DNA from: Phyllosticta citribraziliensis
Taxonomy: Eukaryota
Assembly: GCF_038025025.1 (NCBI RefSeq)
Contig: NW_027117341.1
Location: 1,798,001 to 1,862,000, forward strand
Reading direction: 5' to 3'
DNA length: 64,000 nucleotides
The translations under genes were made by a program, and so were the position numbers. Shown in pieces: positions 22,638-35,755 of the stretch (position 1 is the first letter of the stretch; the number at the start of each line of letters is the position of its first letter). Below the pieces are notes generated by a model. It was given only the letters and a program-made list of their open reading frames with translations. It was not told the DNA's origin and did no database searches.

Positions 22638-22968
22638 ACTCTGAATCACACGTGGACCAATTCGAAGACTGGCGTTTTGCGACAATGCGATGGTCGGGTC
22701 GGGAGGTCTAGCAAGGGAGATTGTGTTTATAGCGGGCAACTGGGAGGCATAGCGCTGGAGTTCTGGTCAACCATGTTCTCATTCTTTTTCGAATGGCTGT
22801 TTTTGTCGGTCGCATAGCATCAGACTCAATGAAACGAGCGTTTCGGCCTTGTTCGATGCTGTTTGGCACCAGAGGGAGAAGGCGGCAAGGGTCGCGCATT
22901 TTTTAGAGACTAGAATGGCGGCAGATCCATCACGAATCATAGCCGCAGTCGAAACATCATCTTCCGCC

Positions 22969-25900
22969 ATGAACGCTTTGCGCCAGCCGTGGGCCAGACG
23001 GTGCATTAAGCCGCCTCACCAAAGCATCCGTGCCTGCCGCAACTGGAATGGACGGCGATGCGCGGGGTTCCAGTCGACGGCGGGGCAGCTGTGTCGACCG
23101 CTCCAACTCCAACCAACGTCGACTTCCACCTCCAAAGCACACTCCACTCTTGCAGCACTCGAAAAGCACCGCCAATTGCAACGTGTGCAACCTTTGCTTC
23201 CACTTCTCTCACGGAACTGCAGCACAGACTCGTGGAGACACGCCGCCATGGCCTCCGACAGAGACATCCTTCCGGACACGTGAGGGGCACCTTCATCCCA
23301 GTTGCTTCTGTTCCCTCAATGCAGTGATGCTGACTAAATTACAGCGTCAAGCCGACCAATTATGACATTTCTCTCTACGACCTAGAGTTTGGCGGTGCCT
23401 TTGACTACCAAGGAACGGTCAAGATTACCGCCGATGTTCGGAAGGCCACCAAGGAAGTTGTCCTAAACACGCACCAGCTTCAGATTCACGAGGCTACTGT
23501 TGCAACGGAACACACCAAGACTCAGCAGGCGTTCAAGGCTTCTAAAATCACGTTCGATGAGACGACTCAGCGTGCCACGCTCGCCTTTGACCACGAGCTT
23601 CCTGTTGCGTCCAAGGCCGAGATTACAATCAAGTTCCAGGGCACCATCAACAACGCATGTCTATGATCCTCTATGAAAGATGTCAGTCTAACATGTTGCA
23701 GTTGATGGCTGGCTTTTACCGGTCCAAGTACAAGCCCGTCACGACTCCTGCAGCTTCCGTGGCCAAGGATAACGAGCACCACTACATGTTCAGCACGCAA
23801 TTCGAGTCTAGCGATGCTCGCAGAGCCTTTCCCTGCTTCGACGAACCCAACCTCAAGGCCACCTTTGACTTTGAGATTGAGATTCCAGAGGACCAGGTTG
23901 CTCTCAGCAACATGCCAGAAAAGGAGGTCAAGAAGGCCTCGAAGCCTGGCTTCAAGATTGTCTCGTTTGACAAGACCCCTGCCATGAGCACGTACCTTCT
24001 TGCCTGGGCGGTTGGCGACTTTGAATACGTCGAGGACTTTACTCGCAGAAAGTACAACGGCAAGAACTTGCCTGTTCGTGTCTACACAACGAGGGGCCTC
24101 AAAGAACAGGGTCGTTTCGCGTTGGAGCATGCCCACAAGACTGTGGATTACTTCTCCGATGTTTGTCTTATCCAACTCTACGCTAGCGCCATGCTAACAT
24201 TTGCACCAGATTTTCCGCGTCGAGTATCCTCTTCCCAAAGTCGATCTCATTGCTTGCCATGAATTCGTACGTACATTTCTTTACCAGCAAGAGACTTGGC
24301 TGACGGTCGCCCGTAGCCAATTATAAGTCTACCTTGCTTGAACTCTCCCCTGCCCAGTCTTGTTCGCTAACACGTCCTCCTAGTCGCACGGCGCAATGGA
24401 GAACTGGGGTCTCATCACTTATAGGTACGTACAAATCTTGGCACATTTCTGTTTGTCAGTCGGCTGACAGACTCCTCAGAACAACGGCTGTCCTCTTTGA
24501 CCCCGAAAAGTCCGACCAGAAGTACAAGAACAGAGTGGCATATGTGGTTGCCCACGAACTTGCCCACCAATGGTTCGGCAACCTGGTGACCATGGACTGG
24601 TGGAGCGAGGTAAGCGACCCGGAGCGAACCTCAAGTAAAGTACTGACATGGAAAGCTCTGGCTCAACGAGGGCTTTGCTACCTGGGTTGGTTGGCTCGCT
24701 GTCGACCACCTCCATCCCGGTAAGTCTTGCCCGCAATGACGGGAAACTTTGCTGACATGTTCTAGAATGGAACGTGTGGGGCCAATTCTGCGTACGTCAA
24801 CGTCGAGGTACTGCTCCATGCTCTTTGATTGCTAATATGATTGCCTAATCTAGAGCGAATCTCTTCAAACAGCTTTCTCTCTGGACTCGCTTCGCAACTC
24901 GCACCCGATCGAAGTTCCCGTCAGGAACGCACTCGAGGTTGACCAGATCTTTGACCACATTTCCTACCTCAAGGGTAGCTCCGTGATTCGCATGTTGAGC
25001 GCTCACCTCGGTGTCGAAACGTTCCTCCTGGGAGTATCTCAGTACCTGAACAAGCACAAGTACGGCAACGCGACGACCAACGATCTGTGGTCGGCTCTCA
25101 GCGATGCTTCTGGCCAGGATGTCAACAAGTTCATGGACCCATGGATCCGCAAGATTGGCTTCCCCGTCGTCACTGTCGCCGAAGAGCCTGGTCAAATTAG
25201 CGTTCAGCAGCGTCGCTTCCTCCTGACCGGCGATGTAAAGACTGAGGAAGATCAAACCACTTGGTGGATTCCTCTTGGTCTCAAGACGGGCTCCAAGGCT
25301 GCCAGCGAGTCTGCTGGAGCGCTGACTACAAAAGAGGACACGATTCGCAATGTCGACGAGGCTTTCTACAAGCTCAATGCAGACCAGACTGGCTTCTACA
25401 GGACCAACTACCCGCCCAACCGCCTTTTGAAGCTGGGAGAATCCAAGGCAAAGTTGAGCGTGGAAGACAGGATCGGACTTATCGGTGATGCCGCGGCACT
25501 CGCTCAATCTGGCGATGCTACGACCGCTGGCTATCTCTCACTCATCGAGGGCTTCCGTGATGAATCTGAATACATGCAAGTAAAGCTTGCGTGCACATGA
25601 TGCTTATGCTAACAGTGTTCAGTGTGTGGCAACAGGTTCTCCTGACCCTTGGCCACGTTCGGTCCATCTTTTCCGAAGACGAAAAGGTGTCGGCTGCTCT
25701 CAAGATGTTCACTCGCAAGCTTGTGACGCCGGCAACGGACAAGATTGGATGGGAGTTTGCAGAGAATGAGAGCTTCCTCACCGGGCAGCTCCGTGCGCTG
25801 CTCATTTCGTCTGCTGGCCTAGCAGGCCATGAAGGGTGAGAATGATCGCCATATCAGACGACGCCAGTACTGATCTAGGATTTAGAGTCATCAAGGAGGC

Positions 25901-26480
25901 CCAGCGCCGGTTTGCGGCGTATCAAAAGGGTGACAAAAAGGCGATTCACCCCTCTCTGCGTAGCGCGATTTTCCGCATCGTCGTGACCGAGGGCGGCCAA
26001 GAGGGATACGAGGCGATCAAGCACGAGTATTTGAACAACACGTCGATCGACGGCAGAGAAATCTGCTTGCAGGCCATGGGCCGGGTGCAGACGGCCGAGC
26101 TCGCAAAGAAGTACCTCGAGTTTACGTTTTCGCCGGCAGTGGCAGTTCAGGACAAGCACAGCGCGGCGTCGTCGCTGGCGGCCAACTCCAAGACACGGCA
26201 CGCGCTGTGGGAGTACATCAAGCAGCACTGGGACGACCAAGTGTACGCGCAGCTCAGCGGCAACATGGTGGTGCTGGACCGCTACGTCAAGCTGTCGCTG
26301 TCCAAGTTTGCCAGCTACGAGGTGGCCGAGGACGTCAAGAAGTTCTTTGCGGACAAGGACTGCAAGGGCTTCGACCGGGCGCTGGCGCAGTCGAACGACA
26401 TCATGACGGGTGGAGCCAAGTACCGTGAGAGAGACGGCGCGGTGGTGAAGGAATGGCTGAGCGCGCACGGGTACCTTTGA
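22969..26480 (+). CDS. M1-family (puromycin-sensitive, Ape2/Aap1-like) aminopeptidase; alternative start at 23248
   Basis: [42 protein letters not shown] (HExxH), WLNEGFA and an ERAP1-like C-terminus; many short introns. Confidence 0.95.
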
Positions 26481-26791
26481 GAAGATGTGGAGTGAGGGCG
26501 CCGCAGAGTAGCTAGCCAATTTGCATGCCCACGATTGGTGCAGTGGAGACCCCGCCGTGCCGTGCAGGGGCCAAGTGTGGTCTGACCGATCGTCGAACCG
26601 TCTGACTTTGGGAAACGTCGCGCTCAAAGCAGACAACCACCACGGACGATAAATGGCTGACGGCGCTACCTCACTCTCTCGTCAATGATTCAATGACCTG
26701 CCCTCTCTTTTGCCCTCTCAATTGATTCCAGCTGTGTGCCGAGCTCCTCCACACTCCCCTCTCCGCTGCCCTCTCCCCCGCTGTCGCCATC

Positions 26792-28161
26792 ATGTCCGTG
26801 GTACGTTGCTCCCTCCGCTCCATGGCCGTCCGCCTCCCTTTCTTCCAAAAGTCCTTTGCCGGACTGCGTTCGAGTTTCTTCACGGTCAATGCCGCCGCCG
26901 CAGGTCGTCGCCACCTGTCCGCGAGCCCCATCGCCAGACCCAGCACCTCACCAAGACCCGCCCGACTCAACACGACACACGTAGCCACGGGCCTCGCAGT
27001 TGCATCCATATTGGCCTACTCGATGGTACGCCGGGACAGCCAGCAGCAGCAGAAGCCGCCAGCGAACAGACGCGCTGGATCCTGGAGCCACAACTGCAAG
27101 CAGACCAAAAGCTAACACCACGTCTTTCTCCGCAGATGAACGGCGTCGAAGCCGACAAGCTCGACGGGCCCTCGCTCGCCGAGCAGGACCGCCTCTCGAA
27201 GCGCGAATCGGGCGTCAGCGCGCAGTCGCCGATGCGGCTGCGGATGGAAAAGTTCATCCACGAGCAACAAAAGGAGATCGTAGCGGCGCTGGAGCAGGTC
27301 GACGGCAAGCTGTTCCAGGTCGACACGTGGGAGCGGCCGCACGGGGGCGGCGGCATCACCTGCGTGCTGCAAGACGGCAACGTGTTCGAGAAGGCGGGCG
27401 TCAACACGAGCGTCGTGTACGGCACGCTGCCGCGGGCGGCCATCCAGAAGATGCGCGTCAACCACAAGGCGCTGGACCCGGACGTCGAGGCGCTGGACTT
27501 CTTCGCGGCGGGCCTGTCGCTCGTGCTGCACCCGGCCAACCCGCTCGCGCCCACGGTGCACCTCAACTACCGGTACTTCGAGACGGCCGACGGCGCCGGC
27601 GGCACGCAGGCGTGGTGGTTCGGCGGCGGCTGCGACCTCACGCCGGCGTACCTGTTCGACGAGGACGCCATCCACTTCCACCGCACCATCCGCGACGCCT
27701 GCGACGCCCACGACCGCAGCTACTACCCGCGCTTCAAGAAGTGGTGCGACGAGTACTTCAGCAACAAGCACCGCGGCGAGTCGCGCGGCGTCGGCGGCAT
27801 CTTCTTCGACGACCTCGACGACTCGGAAAAGGACCAAGAACAGCTCTTCAGCTTCGTCCAGGACTGCCTCAAGGCCTTTTTGCCGCAGTACCTGCCCATC
27901 ATCGAGCGCCGCAAGAACCTCCCGTTCACCGAGCACGAGAAGCTGTGGCAGCAGATTCGCCGCGGCCGCTACGTCGAGTTCAATCTGGTCCATGACCGCG
28001 GCACGAGCTTTGGCTTGAACACCCCTGGCAGCCGCGTCGAGAGCATCTTGATGAGCCTGCCGCTGACGGCGCGCTGGCAGTACATGCACGAGCCGGAGAA
28101 GGGCAGCCGGGAGGAGCGGCTGCTCAACGTGCTCAAGAAGCCCGTCGAGTGGGTCAATTAG
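26792..28161 (+). CDS. HEM13: Coproporphyrinogen III oxidase (oxygen-dependent) with presequence; intron 27026-27135
   Basis: [59 protein letters not shown]. Confidence 0.97.
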
Positions 28162-28355
28162 GTGCGGCACGCTCGGCCGTATTTTCCTGTTGATATTTGG
28201 GACTGGATGGTGTTTTGGGCGCAGCATCGGGATGCATACTGGATGGACGGATGGGCTGTAGATACGTTCTGGGTTCTCAAGACAATGTTTTACTATATGC
28301 CAGCCAGCAGGATAAACCAACGAACAATGGCATAACATGACGACAACTCCCTTCT

Positions 28356-29603
28356 CTAATCCAGCACGCCTCGAATCAAATTCTTTATGCCCTCGCCTCT
28401 GCCCGTCCGGTCCCACGCCTCCGTCGCACGCTCAAACGGCACCTCGGAGCTGATGAGGCGCTTGACGGGCACGCGGCCCTCGTCCATCAGCCGCAGCGCC
28501 GTTTCAAAGTCGCCCGCGCCGTAGCGGAAGCAGCCCTTCATGTTGAGCTCCTTTTCCGACATGACAACCATGGGGAACAACAGGAGGCTCTTGCCCAGGC
28601 CAACCTGGACAAACGTGCCGCCGGGCGCCAGCGCGTGCACGCCCATCTGGACGCAGGGCTCGGCGCCCGTCGCCTCGAGCACCACGTCGACGCCGACGTC
28701 GGCGGGATCCGGGCCCGACGCGTCATCTCTGCTCGCGGCAACGATGGTGCTCGCGTTTTCCTGCGGCGAGGCGTCCTTGCTGGGGACGACGCCGCGGACG
28801 CCGCCGCCAGGCACAAACGACGCGGCGAAGTCGAGCTTGCGCTGCAGCACGTCGACGACGACAACGGAGGTAGCGCCAAAGGCGCGCGCCACGGCCGCAC
28901 AGAAGATGCCAATGGTGCCGGCTCCCATGACGACGACGCGCTGGCCGTGGCGCACGTCGGCCAGGCGGGCAGCGTGGACGGCGACGGCAAGCGGCTCGAC
29001 CAAGACGGCCTCGTCGAGTCCCACGTTCGGCGGGATGCGGTAGCAGAAGTCGGCGGGGATGCGGAAGAATTTGGTGAGGGTGCCGTGGGTGCTCTGGGCG
29101 GGGTCGCCGTTGCGCGGGGCGGCCGCAAAGCGCATGCGGCGACAGAGGTTGTAGCGGCCGCTCTTGCACACGGCGCAGCGGCGGCATGGGAAGCCCGGCT
29201 CAATGGCGACGCGGTCGCCTGGCCGCAGCGCCGTGTCGGCTGGAGACGAAATGGCCTCGATGACGCCCGAGGCCTCGTGGCCCATGACGATGGGGTTGTT
29301 TGGCGTCACCTTGTGCGTCATGCCGCCGTGGTTCCAAAAGTGCACGTCGGAGCCTGGCAGAGGTCAATTAGAGCGGCGGTGTGGGTGAATTGGCAGGCGG
29401 CGTACCGCAGCAGCCGACGTAGGAGATGCGGACGAGGACATCTTGCGGGTCGGTGGGTTGCGGGATGGGGCGATTCTCGTAGCGCGCGTCGCCGGGGGCG
29501 TAGAGGAGGAGGGACGGGTTCTGCGTGGTGGTGAGGTTAGAGCATTGGAGGCAGGGGAGAGGGGCTGGCATACCTTTTCTGACTCGGAGGGCCAGGTAGT
29601 CAT
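28356..29603 (-). CDS. Zn-dependent polyol (xylitol/sorbitol) dehydrogenase, MDR family (3 exons)
   Basis: CGSDVHFW, GHEASG, structural Zn motif CRRCAVC...NLC, GAGTIG, GCFRYG. Confidence 0.92.
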
Positions 29604-30877
29604 GATGAATGATGTAGGGCTGGGTGATCAATTGACGTGATTCCGTGGTTGGCGATTGATATATCAAGCCTGCAGCGAATTGAGAAAAACATCCAAAAAG
29701 CCGTCGAGTATCCAGCCAGATAGGCTCGTTCCATGGCGGATCGCCATCACGCAATCCGAGGCCGGCAGGCAAGTCAGCCGTCAGCCGTCAGCCGTCGACG
29801 GAGCCGTGGCCGTGGCATCGAACAGCAGAAATTGAATTCATAGCCAAGTCGTGGAAGGTCAGGCTTAGCTGCTGACTGGACTGGGAGGCGTTTGTTTGGC
29901 GGTTGTTTGGTTGGGATGTCGTTGGTTCGACGTCGACCTGACGTGAGGAAAGTCGGCCGAGTGCGGGGCAGCAGACAATGCGGGGCGGGGCAAACTACCT
30001 ACCCGACGACGACACAACCACGACACAACGACCTGAACCTCCCCATCCGACGTTCGATCTTGGGACTTTGCAACACACGGTATTCCTTCGCTGCACCTGC
30101 GTCGCACAGAAGCCTCAACCACCATCTGCCGGACAAAACTTCCACTTTGGACGACTCGTGATAGTTGCCACGCTCAACGACTCGATACACAGACCTCACT
30201 GCTGGCATTCAACGCGACGCTAACTCTTGATAGGCCATGTACAAGAATTCCGGTCAACCACACACTTTGGCACTTCACCTATCACCACCCAGAGAACTAT
30301 CAATTCAATATCTTGTCCATGGCCACCCGTCTGCTTGTTCATGACTCTGGCAACTCTGTTTCCTCTTGCGGTGCTCTCAAACAGGAAACAGAGATACCGC
30401 GTACCTTTTCGCACCGCCTCTCGTCCCATTCGGCCTCGTATACCCCGAACTGGACCCCGATCAGACATCAACTCAAACTCGCATGGACCCCGGATAGAGC
30501 TTAGCCTGGCCCCCATGTCTCCGCAACCGGCAGGCGGCCCGCCCAGAAGACGGGGTATTCAAGGCGGGGTAGCTTGGTAGGTCTACCGAGCTTTGTCAAG
30601 TCCATTGACCCTCATTCGCCTGCTCGACCACGGGGTTACTCAGCGTCACCACGAAGCCTAGCTTGCGCCTGTGGCGCCGGAGAATTCCCACCTGTCCAGT
30701 GAGAACGAGTAGCTCTGGCGGCAGGCGAAGCGGTCTTTGAGCACCTGTAAGGAAAGTTGCCCCAGCCTGGAAGAGTATAAGTTCTGCAGCGAGCATCTCT
30801 TCCCACTTTGTAGGCTGTCCTCCCCAAGTTACTTTTTCCAACGGCTTTGACTGCTCTTGCGAGCCCCCAAAGCCAAA

Positions 30878-32839
30878 ATGCTTGCGACAGACTCTATCCA
30901 CACCATCCAACTCCCCAACTTTACCCCAAAGCATCCCAGCATTGCTCCTCCGTCTCCCACCGAAATCACGACCAAATGGTTCGCCGCTTTCCAAGATGTT
31001 CTCGCCAACCCAGCTACCTTGGGGACCCGGCTGCCCACCATTCTCCACACGGATTGCTGGTGGCGGGACAAACTTGGCCTCAGCTGGGACTTTCGCACCT
31101 TGCGCGGCATCGACGCCGTTCGGGACTATCTCCTCAAGTACCAGCCCACTTTGAAGTTGCGTCCCGAAAATCTGGCCAAGCCAGGCAACCGCTTCACACC
31201 CCAGGTTGACGTCCCCATGGAGGGTCTCGAGTGGATCGAGGCCATGTTTGACTGGGAGACGAGCATTGGGCGGGGCAAGGGCATCATCAGGCTTGCGCAG
31301 CGCGAGGACGGCCAGTGGAAAGGGTACATGGTGTACACCACATTGGAAGAGATCAAAGGACACGAGGAAAAGATTGGCCACCGGCGCCCCCATGGAGGCA
31401 GGAATTCGCTCTCAGGCGGAGGCAACTGGGCTGAGCGTCGAGAGCGGGAGAGGGAATTTCTGGACGAGGAGCCCACGGTGATCTGTATTGGAGCCGGCCA
31501 GGCTGGACTGAACTTGGCTGCTAGATTCAGGGCATTGGGAATACCTTGCCTCGTGATTGACCAGAACGAGAGAATCGGTGACAACTGGAGGAAGCGGTAT
31601 AGGGTGAGCACCTACACCCCCTGACAATGGTAACCCTTTACTAACAGACGACAGACGCTTGTGACCCACGACCCAGCACAATTCACGCACATGGCCTATC
31701 TCCCTTTCCCTTCCATCTGGCCCACCTTCACGCCCAAAGACAAGCTGGCCGACTGGTTCGAGTCGTACGCGTCACTCCTCGAGCTCAACGTGTGGATGCG
31801 CACCACCATCACCGAGTCGACCTACGACGACGCCACGCACAAGTGGACGGTGACTGTCATCCGGCGCGATGCTGACGGCAACACGACGACGCGGATCATG
31901 CACCCAAAGCACATCATAATGTGCACCGGGCACTCGGGCAAGCCCAAAGTGCCCAACTTCCCCAACCAGGCGGCCTTCCAGGGCAAGCTCTACCACGGCA
32001 GCGAGCACAAAGACGCCTCCCTGATCCCGCCATCCGAGCTCGCCAACAAGCGCGTCGTCGTCGTCGGCACAGGCAACTCGGGCCACGACATTGCGCAAAA
32101 CTACCACGAAGCGGGCGCCGCATCCGTCACGATGCTGCAGCGCCGCGGCACGTACGTCATCAGCGCGCTCGACGGGAAAGGCATCTTCATGATGCACGAA
32201 GGCCTGTACGACGAGAACGGCCCGCCGACCGCCGACGCCGACGTCTACGGCGAGTCGCTGCCCAACGCCGTGCACTTTGCGCTCAATGTCGGCTTCACCA
32301 AGCGCGTGGCGGCAGCCGAAGCCCCCGTGCTGGCCGGACTCGACAAGGCGGGCTTCGCGCGCGACGCCGGGCCCGACGGCTCCGGCCTCATGCGCAAGTA
32401 CCTCACGCGCGGCGGCGGCTACTACATCGACGTCGGGGCGTCCCAACTCATCGCGGACGGCAAAATCAACGTCGTGCGCAGCGAAGGCGGCATCAGCGGC
32501 TTCACGCGCGACGGGCTCGTCCTCGCCGACGGCGCCAACACCCATCTCGCCGCCGACGTCGTCGTGCTGGCGACGGGCTACGACAACATGAAGACCAGCG
32601 TGGCCAAGGCGCTGGGCGAGCAGCACGCGGCGCGCTGCGCCGACGTGTGGGACCTGGACGCCGAGGGCGAGATTCGCACCATGTGGCGCCCCAGCGGCCA
32701 CCCGGGGCTGTGGTTCATGGGCGGCAATTTGGCCATGTGTCGCATTCATAGTAAGACGTTGGCGCTGCAGATTTTGGCGTGCGAGGTCGGCTTGAATCGC
32801 CAGGATGAGCCGTGTCGGAGTATGGTGCAGGCGGCGTAG
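30878..32839 (+). CDS. Flavin-containing monooxygenase (class B, long N-terminal domain); intron 31604-31654
   Basis: FAD motif GAGQAG, GDNWRKRY, FxGxxxHxxxH, NADPH motif GTGNSGHD, VVLATGY. Confidence 0.92.
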
Positions 32840-33183
32840 AGGACGGAAAGGGGAGGGGAGGGAAAGGGGGGTGTTGATCGGTCAGTGGTTCGTCCGTCAG
32901 TTCGTCAGTTCGTCGTGTAGCTAAGTCGATCTCTAGAACAGGTAACCAGGCAGTCAATCTCTAGAGAGCGAAATAGAATGATATCTACAGTAGATTCAAT
33001 CAACGCGCATGAACAAGACGCCTAGCTCCCCTGTCTGCCTGAATTGGCTGTCCTGAAGCCAAAGTCTCCAAGTGTCAGTATTGATGTCATTTCCTAATTC
33101 GAATGTCTGAAAGCGCTGTCCGCGACACCAGCATGAGACGCCTTTTGGAGAAAAGAAAAGAAGTCGGCCCTTCGTGAGTCGTC

Positions 33184-35096
33184 CTAGGTCCTACTCCATT
33201 CCATCTCATCCTCCGTCTCTTTCCTTCGTTTCTTCTTCTGCTGTCTGCCCGGCTCATCTGTCGATCCAGCCTGCTTTTCCGATGCTGTCCTCGAGGATTC
33301 GAGTTCTGCTCGAGCTCTTTTTGTCGCGGCAATATTCCCCCAGTGACAATCGAGCTCCCTTAGAGTACAGCGACGACAAACAGGTGTCTTGTAGTCACAG
33401 TTGGTCCTCGCTGCCCAACAAGCATTGCACTTTTTTCCTTTGTATTTGCGGGTACCAGCTTCGGCTACTGATTGTTCGGAAACTGCCACGTTCTGGCTGT
33501 CTTGAGGCAAGCTACTGGCACCAGCTGTTCCAGACGTAGGGACTTTGTCTTTCGGTCCGGAGGCCAGTCGGATGCTGGACCTCCGTGATGACTGCTCCGG
33601 GCTGCAAGTTCCTTGATGTGTATGAGGATCATGGCCAATGGCTCTGGCGTCTCTCTCTAGGAAGAGACGGGCAGGTACAATGACTCGACGCTTCGAATAG
33701 TCTTCTCCAAAGGCATCGCCGTATGCCACCAACCCTGTTCCAACGACTATATGGACAACACGGTCATTCAACGATTCGTCCGCCCTATCAGCAAGATAGT
33801 GCAATTGGTCGATCCAGAACTCATCGTTGCGGACACTGAATCTCTTCCCGACCTGCTGCGCCGGAGAAGTCCAAACAAAGGAGGCCTGCTGTGTGAGCAG
33901 TCGGAAGTGGAGATTCCCAGCTCTTTTGAAGATCTGGTCCAGATCTTCCTTCATCTTCTGGGTTTCCTCACTCTCCCCAGCTTTAAACATCCACTGAGGA
34001 ATGGATGTCAAGAACCTGTCTTCCAAAAAGCTATACACGCGCTGTAGCACTTCCTCGCCGACTGATTTCGGTACGAGCAGCTCGCCGGCATGAGAATCCC
34101 TGATCAAAGGACTCGCAGAATCTGGGAATTCGTGTCTGATGATGTCTTTTCTCCACGAATTCGCCTTTCGTTCATCCACTAGTTCCTGAGTCAGCCACGG
34201 ACCCCCTGGCTCACACGACGTTACTTACCATCACGCATCCCATAAAACGTTTTATTAAGACCTCCCGCGAACGAGTACGCGTGTTCCGCGTTGAGATTTT
34301 GGAAATGGAAAAAAGGATCCCCCCAGACGGTCACACGAATGACTTCGGACAAAAAAGCAGCCAATAGCAGAAACGGATGCTCCAGTCCCTCAAATTGCGA
34401 GTGTTCTTTGTATACCGAGCATTCACTGACTCGTCGAAGGAAACTGGACTCCTCGGGCAGTCTTTCGGTGTCAAGCACGTCAGAGAAAGACTTGACGCTA
34501 CAGTCTTTCGCCCACGACCTTATAGTCAGTTGCAAGTCCTGGACCGCGTGTTGAATGGACTGGTCTTCTTCCGGTATCCATTTGGAACTTTCGCACTTCA
34601 GGAGCTTACCCCGGATGTTCTTCAGCTCCAACTCACGCCTGGCAAGTTCGCACCGCTTGCTCTCCAGACTCTTCGCCAGCTTCTCTGCTTCGTCCTTCCA
34701 TTTTGCGACTCTTTCAACTTGGTTCTGTTCAAATGTCCTGCACATACTGATAAATCCTCTCAGTTCCATGGTTTGGGTGTCATACAGCCGTTGCACGGCG
34801 CGCATCTCCGTGGACGGTCGTCCGTCTTGATCCACGTTTGCTCCGAACGATCTCTCGCATGGTCCTGTCTTTGTCGATTCCGATGTGACAATCCTGAGTT
34901 GCGGATTTAGTTCCATCATGGCTTTTTCCAGATCAGCTTCAGTGCCTGCCAACTGCAGATCGGACTTACGCGGGCAGAGGTCGACAGATGCATGTGAGAA
35001 ACCACCTTCATTACAAGCAGTCACTGACCATTTGTAGCAAACACGACCATTACTCGCCTCCCGTCTTGGCCATGGCGCGAAGCTCGCCCAACGCAA
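33184..35096 (-). CDS. Hsp70-partner 1: coiled coil, conserved helical/beta domain and C-terminal Zn2Cys6; intron 34179-34228; 5' end uncertain
   Basis: Paralog of 41373-43574 (shared W.PE, IR.WAK, PFL.LAA.LSE.IR, KAN.W.K.I.RHEFP, RAGN.HF.L.TQQA.F.W, GTGL.A.GDA.G..YSK.RV..P). First secure ATGs are at 34919/34916. Confidence 0.8.
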
Positions 35097-35755
35097 AACG
35101 CCTCCGGCATGAAATGGTCGTCAAGCTCGAGTCGCGCACAAGCTCACCAGTCAGGCGAGCTGACAAATTCACCATCGCGTATGCACTGCGACAGGAGAAA
35201 GCATATTGTGTCAGCGATCCAATCACGTAGCGAGGAAGGAGAAATATACTGCGGCATCACTGCCCAAGCCAAAACCTCAGCGTCCTGCTCTGTCCGTCAA
35301 GTTCAACACCAGATCCTGTGAGCGAAAAGACTGTTGAATTGACAACGCCAGGGAAGCCGCATGCGTATCAAAAAAACATCTGGGTGCGTCAGAAAGTACT
35401 CAGGAATCCTCTCAACCACAAAAAAATCCGTCTAGGTGCAGAGACGACGAGAATGGCGGACATTTTCTTCTATCAGTATTCTAGCTCAGAACACAAGCGA
35501 CGACGATGGACAACCACGCGTGTTGACACCAGGCACTCGCAAACTTTTTCGGAGACTCCGGTATCTCCTATTGGACACCACAGCGGGATATTGCATCCCA
35601 ATGGAGCGGCGATGCATACATGCGAGGCTACAAATGTCCGCAGCGCATGCTCCGTTCGATTGGTCTCGTAACTCCACGATCGCATCTTGAAGGAAATCCG
35701 ATCCTTCAACACAACATCAAGGAGTCCATCACTCTGTTCAAGGATTTCCACGTTC

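Noticed and set aside
27000..28416. Long alternative-frame and antisense ORFs over HEM13 (likewise over the dehydrogenase, FMO, TRS130 and PUF genes)
   Set aside because: Expected by-product of very high GC3 in real genes; no protein motifs.
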